Assembly: GCA_964588985.1 (NCBI GenBank)
Contig: CAZPQW010000027.1
Span: 1-41,826 of the forward strand
Reading direction: 5' to 3'
Source: an uncultured Solirubrobacteraceae bacterium
Lineage (GTDB): Bacteria; Actinomycetota; Thermoleophilia; Solirubrobacterales; Solirubrobacteraceae
DNA length: 41,826 nt
Shown here: one piece after another, positions 1 to 7,225 of the stretch
How positions within the stretch are numbered: position 1 is the stretch's first letter
Layout: each line of letters begins with the position of its first letter
The notes under the pieces: generated by a model
Told to the model about the DNA's origin: nothing
Databases searched by the model: none
The model's input: the letters and a program-made list of their open reading frames with translations, nothing else
Program-made: the position numbers and the translations under genes

Positions 1-118
1 CCCGTAAACCCAGGGCCCCAACAGGCCCAAAAGAAATTACATGGCCGTTTTCGTGGGCCCACGGTCATTAACAAGAGAGGCGCATATCGCGCGACCCGAT
101 CAAGACGGAGATGACCCA

Positions 119-637
119 ATGAGCCAGCGACTGAAGATCACGCTTTCCGACACAGCAATGGCCGAGCTGAAGCAACGCGCCGAGCGCGCCGGCGAACCCG
201 TCGCACGAATCGCCGCCCAGATGGTGAGCCAGCTCACCGAGCACAACCCCATCGCCGATCGTGGCGCTGCGGCCACGCCAGCGGCGATCGAGGACGACGA
301 CCTCGACTTCGACAGCCACGCGCCGTGGATCGAACCCGTCATGGGCGACTCGGAATGGCGCCAACGAATGTGGGGGTCGATCGTCGCCCTACACGGCCGC
401 TATCCGAAGGCGCTCGCGCACCTCAAGGACGGCTGGTGGGAAGACGCATCCCACGTCGAGACACTGTGCGCTTTCGTCGTCTGGCGCGACTGGATCGACG
501 TGGCCGCGGACGACCCACGCCACGAGCTGGCGTTCCACGCCCATCTCGCCGACTACGGACACGCACTCCGCCAGGAAGGCGGCAGCGTAATCGACGCTTG
601 GACGCCAGGAGTGCCGCCGGACGAGTGGGCCTCTTGA
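119..637 (+). CDS. Hypothetical protein with putative N-terminal ribbon-helix-helix DNA-binding domain
   Basis: ATG at 119 after GGAG. N-terminus RLKITLSDTAMAELKQRAERAGEPVARIAAQMV has the beta-strand/helix/helix pattern of RHH proteins. Trp-rich C-terminal domain not recognised. Confidence 0.6.
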   Translation: MSQRLKITLSDTAMAELKQRAERAGEPVARIAAQMVSQLTEHNPIADRGAAATPAAIEDDDLDFDSHAPWIEPVMGDSEWRQRMWGSIVALHGRYPKALAHLKDGWWEDASHVETLCAFVVWRDWIDVAADDPRHELAFHAHLADYGHALRQEGGSVIDAWTPGVPPDEWAS

Positions 638-736
638 TGCCTCGTGATCGAGCGGACGCTCACCGGGACAGCGGCTAGCCTCAGCTTCACGTCGCGCACA
701 CCTCTAGAAACAGGGCTCAGGTCAGTGGGCCGGTCG

Positions 737-991
737 CTAGGTGTCTCGCCGACGTCCGTCGATCTCGGAGCTGACGCTGTCACGCACCAAGCGACTTGTC
801 CGACAGGCCATCGCCAGTGCCGCGACCCAGCCGATTAGCGTCCATCCGAGGAAGAAGTTGATCACCGCCACGCTGCCCTGGTTGGTGACCTTCCGAGAGA
901 TGGCGACGATTGTCGGCAAGAAGTAGGCGCCGATTACGATGATGCCTAGGAAGACAGCGGCTCCTCCGCCGCCGCTTGAGCTGGCTAGCAC
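737..991 (-). CDS. Superinfection immunity protein (T4 Imm-like small membrane protein)
   Basis: Motif YFLPTIVAISRK...VAVINFFLGWTLIGWVAALAMAC is characteristic of the Imm_superinfect family. Probable GTG start at 991 after AAGGA. Confidence 0.85.
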   Translation of the reverse strand: MLASSSGGGGAAVFLGIIVIGAYFLPTIVAISRKVTNQGSVAVINFFLGWTLIGWVAALAMACRTSRLVRDSVSSEIDGRRRDT

Positions 992-1105
992 GTTGATCCT
1001 TTCGGTGTGGGATATCGCCCGGCTCGTTATCGGCACGCCCGACAAAGAACCCAAGACCCAGCATGATCCCATTCATTCGATCTGAGAAAGCGACTCGGCT
1101 CGCAC

Positions 1106-1321
1106 CTATGCTTCATGGCGGGGGAGCGCAGCGACTCGCGGGTCCTGAGCGATATCCGCAGCCACACGCGCACTCATTTCGTATCTGGAGCCGTCGGCGA
1201 CCTCGTGGTCTGGGACGAGTTTGTACGCCCGGAGTATCGCTCGCAAAGACCGTCCGTTCACACGGAGATCGCGGGCGAGATCCTCAGCGCTCTCGTAGCC
1301 GTCGCGTTTCAAGCGCTCCAC
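1106..1321 (-). CDS. Small hypothetical protein, possible HTH DNA-binding protein
   Basis: 71 aa; SAEDLARDLRVNGRSLRAILR resembles an HTH; lies within the island. Confidence 0.45.
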   Translation of the reverse strand: MERLKRDGYESAEDLARDLRVNGRSLRAILRAYKLVPDHEVADGSRYEMSARVAADIAQDPRVAALPRHEA

Positions 1322-1448
1322 CTACGCGAGTCTAATGGTCGGACTACGCGCGTACCAGCGGAGCCGGGCCGGCGATGAGCCAAGCCGAAGGACCACCGCG
1401 GGACCACAGATGCGTTTAGGTAGGTGTCACGTAAGATCTCCGGACGCG

Positions 1449-2069
1449 ATGGCTGACGAGGGCGATCATGTCATCTCGCCTGAGGACGACGAGCTATACC
1501 GCCGAGTCCTAGACGAGATTTACAAACGAATCGAGCACGCGCGCACTCACCTGCCAAGTGCACACATGCGACCAGAGATCGAGTCCTGCGCCCTCCAGAT
1601 CCGGATAGCCATCGAGCTGATTGTCATGGGCTCGCTCGTGACGAACCGGGACGCAATCGAAAGCATCGACCTCGCTCTGTCGAGCAAGAAGTCAGCGAGC
1701 GAAGCTGCGAAGATCGCGCGAGCCGCGAACCCGGATTACTGGCCCAAAGCGACGACGCCTTACAAAGCACCGGGACAACTGACAATAGACCTCCGCCCAG
1801 TGGAGGGCGCCCTCAGCGAGGAGAGCTGGGAGCGAGAATGGGGAAAGCTGAGCGCTTTCCTACACGCGCGTAATCCCTTCAAAGAGCACCTCTCCCTATC
1901 CGATGCGCGGGAACTCGTCGATCGGGTGACGCGCGAACTGATCCTGCTTATGAATCACCACGTCGTCCACTTGGCCGATCGAGATGGGATGCTAGTCGGC
2001 CAGATTGGTCCTGACGGCGTGAGTGTGACGCACTTCGGACTCTTGGCGCCTGCTTCCCAGGCTGGGTAG
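1449..2069 (+). CDS. Hypothetical protein, possible HEPN-like helical domain
   Basis: Protein-like ORF from ATG 1449. N-terminal ESCALQIRIAIELI and C-terminal WGKLSAFLHARNP segments are reminiscent of HEPN folds. Confidence 0.6.
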   Translation: MADEGDHVISPEDDELYRRVLDEIYKRIEHARTHLPSAHMRPEIESCALQIRIAIELIVMGSLVTNRDAIESIDLALSSKKSASEAAKIARAANPDYWPKATTPYKAPGQLTIDLRPVEGALSEESWEREWGKLSAFLHARNPFKEHLSLSDARELVDRVTRELILLMNHHVVHLADRDGMLVGQIGPDGVSVTHFGLLAPASQAG

Positions 2070-2101
2070 GCGTGTCGCGCGTAACGCTGTTGCCACCGGC
2101 T

Positions 2102-3574
2102 CTACTGCGGCGTTGTCGTCGGTACGGGAGCAGGGCTCGGCGTGCTGTCGCCGCCATGGCGTAATGACAGGACTGTGAGTGCGATCGTCAGCACAGCGGC
2201 GATAAGCAGGGCAAGCGTCAACGCACGGATCTGCCATTGCACCCGGACGTTCTGCGCGAGCCCCAACACCTCGGCACTGGTCGAGAGACGCTGGCGTTCG
2301 TCACGCTCGCTTCGAGCTACGTTCTCCGCGTTTTCTTTGAGTCTTGCTTGCCAGCTCTCGCGGAGGTCATAAGTACGATCGAACCGGTCATTGATCGTGA
2401 AGTCCAGGTTACGGAATAGCACAGCGGGGCCATAGTCGGGCGGCCATGTTTCCACGTCAACGCAGAGTGCTGATACGTCCGAGCCTCGCCTCAATACTGC
2501 CATTTCGTCGGTGGAAAGCCGGCCGGCGAACGCCCTGAGACTCTCGTTGCCGCCCCTTGCTCGGTCGCGTGTAGTCGAAAAATACGCTTGGAAGGCGTCG
2601 AGCAGCGACAATGTCGTCCACCCCGAAAGGAGTCCTAGAAGCTCCGAGCCGAAGTGCTGCATGAGCTGCCAACGGGTTTCCTCGACGCGACCGTTTATTC
2701 GCTCGACCGACTCGACGGCATCAATCGTCCGTGCCCCGAGCGACAAGACTCCGGGGCTGTCCCGGTCCGCCAGCGCGAGCGTCCACGCGGGGAATGACGG
2801 GCTAGTTCCCACCTCAAAGGGCTGCTCAATCCCGAGCACCTTTCGATAGTCCGAGATACCAGAGGCGTCTTCGGTGTAGGGACGACTGAGTGCCGCCGTG
2901 ATCACGTCGAGAATTGGCACAGGAGCGTTCAAGTCAGCAAACGCGCCCGGAACCCGTTCTCGTAGCCATGACGCCACCTCTCGATGTGTTCGTCGCCGAC
3001 AATTCTCGGCTTCGAGTTTCTTGTGGTACACGGGCGTATACATGCTGTATCCGTTGCCTGAGGGGACCGCGATTGATGGATAGTCAGATTTCGCGATCCG
3101 GTCCAAAGCCTCCCCTCGAGTCTCGTCCCATTCAACGCCCGCGACGAGCAGCGTCAACGAAGGGGTCGCCGACCACAGCCAGAGTTGAACTGCCGAGGCC
3201 CCGTCTGGCAACGTGTCAGCTTGACGATCTTGAAACACGTCAAAAGTAGGCACCACTGGCAGCAACGTCTTGAGCGTCGCCCAGCTCCCACCAAGCGTCC
3301 CCTGCCGCATCCGCAGGACGAGATCCTCGCTGCTAGCCGGCGACCATCGGCGCTGTGACCATCCGAGCTCCCTTAGCCTGCTACTCAGGTACGCAGAATG
3401 GGAAGGTAGGTATGCCTCCGCTGCGAACGTCAGATGCCATTCAATCGTCTCGGTTGAAGGCGGACGCGAGTCTCGCCGCTCTATCTCGTCCATCGGACGG
3501 TCGCGCTTCATCCAAGGGTTCGGCTCGAACCACGCAGGCCGCATCTGTTGCCAGTCCGTCACGCACGGTCCCAC
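2102..3574 (-). CDS. Hypothetical protein with C-terminal coiled-coil and single transmembrane helix
   Basis: About 490-aa ORF, start uncertain. C-terminal ALTLALLIAAVLTIALTVLSL hydrophobic helix follows a charged helical segment. Less GC-biased than core genes. Confidence 0.7.
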   Translation of the reverse strand: MGPCVTDWQQMRPAWFEPNPWMKRDRPMDEIERRDSRPPSTETIEWHLTFAAEAYLPSHSAYLSSRLRELGWSQRRWSPASSEDLVLRMRQGTLGGSWATLKTLLPVVPTFDVFQDRQADTLPDGASAVQLWLWSATPSLTLLVAGVEWDETRGEALDRIAKSDYPSIAVPSGNGYSMYTPVYHKKLEAENCRRRTHREVASWLRERVPGAFADLNAPVPILDVITAALSRPYTEDASGISDYRKVLGIEQPFEVGTSPSFPAWTLALADRDSPGVLSLGARTIDAVESVERINGRVEETRWQLMQHFGSELLGLLSGWTTLSLLDAFQAYFSTTRDRARGGNESLRAFAGRLSTDEMAVLRRGSDVSALCVDVETWPPDYGPAVLFRNLDFTINDRFDRTYDLRESWQARLKENAENVARSERDERQRLSTSAEVLGLAQNVRVQWQIRALTLALLIAAVLTIALTVLSLRHGGDSTPSPAPVPTTTPQ

Positions 3575-3741
3575 TCATGTGGCACTGGCTCGCTGTCGAG
3601 CTCGGCACGGCGCAACGCGATGGCGACCAGCTCTGCGTCACGGGCGGCCGGCGCGTAGTCGACATAGCGCTGCGTCGTCTCAATATCTCGGTGGCCTATC
3701 AGGGTCCGCATCCGGACACTCGCTGCAATCGACTGAGCCAA
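3559..3741 (-). pseudogene. C-terminal remnant of a tyrosine recombinase/integrase
   Basis: LIGHRDIETTQRYV matches the box II (L/I)GH-x-x-I-x-TT-x-x-Y motif with the catalytic Tyr. No upstream R or HxxR boxes in frame. About 280 bp from a tRNA 3' end. Confidence 0.75.
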
Positions 3742-3929
3742 GCCATGCGGGGCAGCCTACCGACCGGTCTCCTGGTCCAACAACAGGTCCCCAGGGCACA
3801 TGATTTCCACGCTGGCAGTCTGAGCCGGACAGGGTTTCAAGGAGGTCGGGCGATCGTGGACTCACACGCCAACCCCCTGCCTTACAAGCCGGAGCACGCG
3901 ACGATCCGCGACAAAGCAACCCCCGGCGT

Positions 3930-3981
3930 GGTACTCATCGGCGGTACTCTCTGCCCAAAGCCGCTCCTAACCGAGTACCGC
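3930..3981. repeat. GGTACTC direct repeats (3930-3936, 3943-3949) plus inverted copy GAGTACCGC (3973-3981)
   Basis: GCGGTACTC 3941-3949 and GAGTACCGC 3973-3981 form a perfect 9-bp inverted repeat, 40-90 bp from the tRNA 3' end. Confidence 0.6.
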
Positions 3982-4022
3982 ACCCGACTAAAAACCAGCC
4001 GATTTGCAGGACTTTCTTCCGA

Positions 4023-4095
4023 TGGAGCCAACCGGGATCGAACCGGTGACCTCCTGCTTGCAAAGCAGGCGCTCTCCCAGCTGAGCTATGGCCCC
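4023..4095 (-). tRNA. tRNA-Ala (anticodon UGC)
   Basis: Reverse complement GGGGCCATAGCTCAGCTGGGAGAGCGCCTGCTTTGCAAGCAGGAGGTCACCGGTTCGATCCCGGTTGGCTCCA. Canonical cloverleaf with the G3:U70 pair; CCA not encoded. Confidence 0.97.
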
Positions 4096-4159
4096 TGGGG
4101 CCCCAACTATACGACCTGCAAAGCCGATTTCGGTTGGGCCCCAGAGGCTCGGCGCCTGA

Positions 4160-4615
4160 TCAACCCTGCGCCGCGAACTCCTCAGCCGAGGGCACCACCA
4201 TCGGCCCGTCCGGCGGCTGGGTGAAGCGGATCGAGTTGCCGAACGGGTCGCGCAGCGCGCAGTCGGTCCCGTAGAAGCGCTCCGTCGGCTCCTGCGTGAA
4301 CTCCACGCCCGCCGCAAGCAGCCGCTCGTACGTCGCCTGGCAGTCGTCGGTCTCGAAGATCAGGCCGCCGCCCGCGGCCCCCTTCGCCACGAGCTCGCGG
4401 ATCTCCGCTGTGGTCGCGTCGTCGTATGCGGGCGGGCCGGGGAGCATCAGGCCCAGCTCGACGTCGGGCTGGTCGGGGAGGTTGACCGTCAGGAAGCGCA
4501 TCACTCCCAGGTCGGCGTCGGTGTTGACGACCATCCCGAGCTTGCCGACGTAGAAGTCGAGCGCCTCGTCCTGGTCGAGGACATGAATGAAGGTGTGGCT
4601 GATTCGTTTGAACAT
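4160..4615 (-). CDS. VOC family (glyoxalase/bleomycin resistance) protein
   Basis: HTFIHVLDQDEALDFY...FETDDCQATYERL...GVEF...RDPFGN motifs. Confidence 0.92.
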   Translation of the reverse strand: MFKRISHTFIHVLDQDEALDFYVGKLGMVVNTDADLGVMRFLTVNLPDQPDVELGLMLPGPPAYDDATTAEIRELVAKGAAGGGLIFETDDCQATYERLLAAGVEFTQEPTERFYGTDCALRDPFGNSIRFTQPPDGPMVVPSAEEFAAQG

Positions 4616-4666
4616 GGCCGCCACGTTAGACCGCGCCGCCACGGCTCGCTTCTCCAAAACTGCTCT

Positions 4667-5080
4667 CTATCCGGCCGGTCGCAGCCACGCCATCGCCCAG
4701 CACGCCGGCACCCGCAGGGCGTCCCCACCGGCGGCGAAGCGCGCGCGGTACGCCGACGGCGGCTCGCCCACGATCGCGCCGAACGTGCGCGTGAACGTGC
4801 CGAGGCTGTTGAACCCCACGTCGAGGCAGATCTCCGTCACCGAGCGGTCCGTTTCGCGCAGCAGCTCCATCGCGCGCTCCACCCGGCGACGCTGCAGGTA
4901 GCGGTGCGGCGTCTCGCTGAAGGTCGCCTGGAACTGGCGGCTGAAGTGCGCGGGCGACACGTGGGCCACACGCGCAAGCGCCGGCACGTCGAGCTTCTGC
5001 GCAAACGCCCGGTCCATCGTGTCCCGAGCCCGCAGCATTCGCCGGTTTCGGTCCTCGATTGCTCGCGACACCCGCCGCAC
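4667..5080 (-). CDS. AraC family transcriptional regulator (HTH only)
   Basis: LARVAHVSPAHFSRQF...RRVERAMELL...SVTEICLDVGFNSLGTFTRTF; commonly paired with a VOC gene. Start may be GTG 5071. Confidence 0.92.
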   Translation of the reverse strand: MRRVSRAIEDRNRRMLRARDTMDRAFAQKLDVPALARVAHVSPAHFSRQFQATFSETPHRYLQRRRVERAMELLRETDRSVTEICLDVGFNSLGTFTRTFGAIVGEPPSAYRARFAAGGDALRVPACWAMAWLRPAG

Positions 5081-5155
5081 TCTAGGACCGCAGGGGGCCG
5101 CACGTCCCGCCAGCCACTTGAGCCGACGGGGCGCGGGTCTCCCGTGTTCGAGCGG

Positions 5156-6118
5156 TCAGTGCGTCAGGAAGTCCGTTCCCACGACTCCCGCCATCACGCC
5201 GTAGCCGAGCTTCGTCGGATGGATGTCCGCGTTCGGGCTCGCCGGGTTGAACGTGCCACCCGGGCACATCGCCGTGAACGCGCAGATCGTCGGCAGGTCC
5301 GTCGCTTCCGGCGCGTGGGTCACGATCGACGTGTTGAACAGCGGCTCCGGGTTGGCGAAGCTCGCCCCGGGCACGGCCGCCGCGACTTTCGATAGCGCCG
5401 AGTTGAGCGCCGCGGTCGTCGCGTCCCCGCCCGGTGCCGGCAGCACCGTCGGATAGGGGTTGTAGAGGCCGATCAGCACGAGCTGCGCTTTCGGCGCCGC
5501 AGCGTGCAGCTGCGCCAGGATCGAGTACGCGTTCGCCGCGATGTGCCCGAACTCCGCTTCCACTTCCGCCGGCGTGCACGTGAACGTCGCCGGGAAGCCG
5601 CATTTGCTTCCCAGGAACTGGAGCACGTCGTTCGCCCCGATGTCGAGCGTGATCGGGCTCACGTTCGGGGTTGCTTTGAGCACCGCAAGCGCGTCCGCCA
5701 GCTGTGAGGAGTGAGCGCCATAGGAGTGGTGCAGGAACGCGTACGGGAACGGCGACCCGGTGGGTCCGCCGGCGCAGTATCCGGGGATGCCCGATCCGTT
5801 GATCAATGTTTCCGTCGTCTCTCCCGGGCAGCCGTCGTTGACGATCTGCAGTTTCGGGTTCGCGAGCTTCAGCGCCGCGCCGAAGTCGTCGACGTAGCCG
5901 TCGTTGAACGTCGCCGGTTCGACGAACCCTTTGCTTTCGAGCTCGCTCTTGAACTGCGCTGCGTGGTAGCCGTACGCGAGCGAGTCGCCCAGCGCCAGAT
6001 ACGTGCCGCCCACCTGAGCGGCGCCCGCGGCTGACGCGAACACGAGCGCTCCAAGCACGGCGATCGCCGCCACGCAGCAAACGAGCGCGCGTGCATGGAC
6101 ACGGTAGAGAACAGACAC
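5156..6118 (-). CDS. Secreted SGNH/GDSL family hydrolase
   Basis: Signal peptide; LGDSLAYG, GCPGETT, IGANDV and DIHP blocks; GAGGAGG RBS upstream of GTG 6118. Confidence 0.9.
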   Translation of the reverse strand: MSVLYRVHARALVCCVAAIAVLGALVFASAAGAAQVGGTYLALGDSLAYGYHAAQFKSELESKGFVEPATFNDGYVDDFGAALKLANPKLQIVNDGCPGETTETLINGSGIPGYCAGGPTGSPFPYAFLHHSYGAHSSQLADALAVLKATPNVSPITLDIGANDVLQFLGSKCGFPATFTCTPAEVEAEFGHIAANAYSILAQLHAAAPKAQLVLIGLYNPYPTVLPAPGGDATTAALNSALSKVAAAVPGASFANPEPLFNTSIVTHAPEATDLPTICAFTAMCPGGTFNPASPNADIHPTKLGYGVMAGVVGTDFLTH

Positions 6119-6319
6119 TTCACCCTCCTCGAGGTCAGGACGTTCCAGGCCGACCGCTCCCACAGCCAAAGCCTGGCTGGAGACCAAGCGTAACCCACAT
6201 ATGGAAATCCGCCAACCCGAACCGTTCGATTCATACGTCTGTCTGCGGTCGAGCGCCTGCACACCGGTTCGGTCCGCCGGGTGAGAGACAGCGCGGCTCG
6301 TCTCGCTACCGTACGCCGC

Positions 6320-7183
6320 GTGCGGATCGCCACCTGGAACGTCAACTCGGCCAAGCAGCGCGCCCCGCGTCTACTCGAGTGGCTGGAGCAGCGACAGCCG
6401 GACGTCGTGTGCCTGCAGGAGACGAAGCTCGCCGACGACGCCTTCGAGCAGCTGCTCGGCGAGGAGCTCGCCAGCCGCGGCTACGCCTTCGCCCTACACG
6501 GCGAAGCGCAGTGGAACGGGGTCGCGATCCTCTCCCGCGTCGGCCTCGACGATGTCGTCCCCGGGATCCCCGGCGCACCCGGCTTTCCGCACCAGGAGGC
6601 TCGCGCGGTGTCCGCCACGTGCGGGGGGATACGAGTGTGCTCGGTGTACGTGCCGAACGGGCGGACCCCCGACTCCGAGCACTACCAGTACAAGCTCACC
6701 TGGCTCGCCGCCCTCGAGGCGATGGTCGGCTCCGGCCCCGACGCCGCCGTCGTGTGCGGGGACGTGAACATCGCGCCCACCGACGCCGATGTGTTCGACC
6801 CCGCCGCCTACGCCGGCCACACCCACGTAACCCCACCCGAGCGCGCCGCGCTCGCCAAGCTGCAGGCGCTCGGCCTGCGCGACGTCGTGCGCGACCGCTG
6901 GCCCACCGAGCGGGTGTTCACCTACTGGGACTACCGCGCCGGGATGTTCCACCAGGACCTCGGAATGCGCATCGATCTCGTGCTCGCCAGCGCTCCCGTC
7001 GCCGCCAGGGTGCAGGCGGCGTGGGTCGACCGTCAGGCCCGCAAGGGCAAGGGCCCAAGCGACCACGCACCGGTGATCGTCGATCTCGACGAGGCGCCGG
7101 ACGGGAACATCGGACCGGTCGTCCCGCCGCCGTCGGCACCCAGCGCCAAACGGCGCTCGACAAAGCTGCCTCAGTCGACCTGA
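6320..7183 (+). CDS. xth: Exodeoxyribonuclease III (AP endonuclease)
   Basis: RIATWNVNS, CLQETK, VYVPNG, GDVNIAP, FTYWDYR, GMRIDL, PSDHAPV motifs. Confidence 0.95.
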   Translation: MRIATWNVNSAKQRAPRLLEWLEQRQPDVVCLQETKLADDAFEQLLGEELASRGYAFALHGEAQWNGVAILSRVGLDDVVPGIPGAPGFPHQEARAVSATCGGIRVCSVYVPNGRTPDSEHYQYKLTWLAALEAMVGSGPDAAVVCGDVNIAPTDADVFDPAAYAGHTHVTPPERAALAKLQALGLRDVVRDRWPTERVFTYWDYRAGMFHQDLGMRIDLVLASAPVAARVQAAWVDRQARKGKGPSDHAPVIVDLDEAPDGNIGPVVPPPSAPSAKRRSTKLPQST

Positions 7184-7225
7184 CGCGAGGCCTCGGCCTG
7201 CTGTCAAGCCTGTAGGCTCACAACC

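Larger units (their letters stand above)
1..4022. mobile_element. tRNA-proximal end of a (decayed) genomic island integrated at tRNA-Ala; other boundary outside the window
   Basis: Abuts the tRNA-Ala 3' end; integrase remnant; phage-related immunity gene; orphan ORFs in mixed orientation; visibly lower GC than genes beyond 4100. Confidence 0.7.

Noticed and set aside
1-60. Repeated GGCCC words at the window start
   Set aside because: Too short and truncated by the window edge to call iterons or an origin.
3355-4224. 289-aa plus-strand ORF
   Set aside because: Runs antisense across the tRNA-Ala, the integrase remnant and the 490-aa gene; GANRDRTGDLLLAKQALSQLSYGP is just the tRNA read backwards.
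6119-6319. Possible riboswitch upstream of the SGNH hydrolase
   Set aside because: No recognisable aptamer consensus or convincing stems; likely a divergent promoter region.
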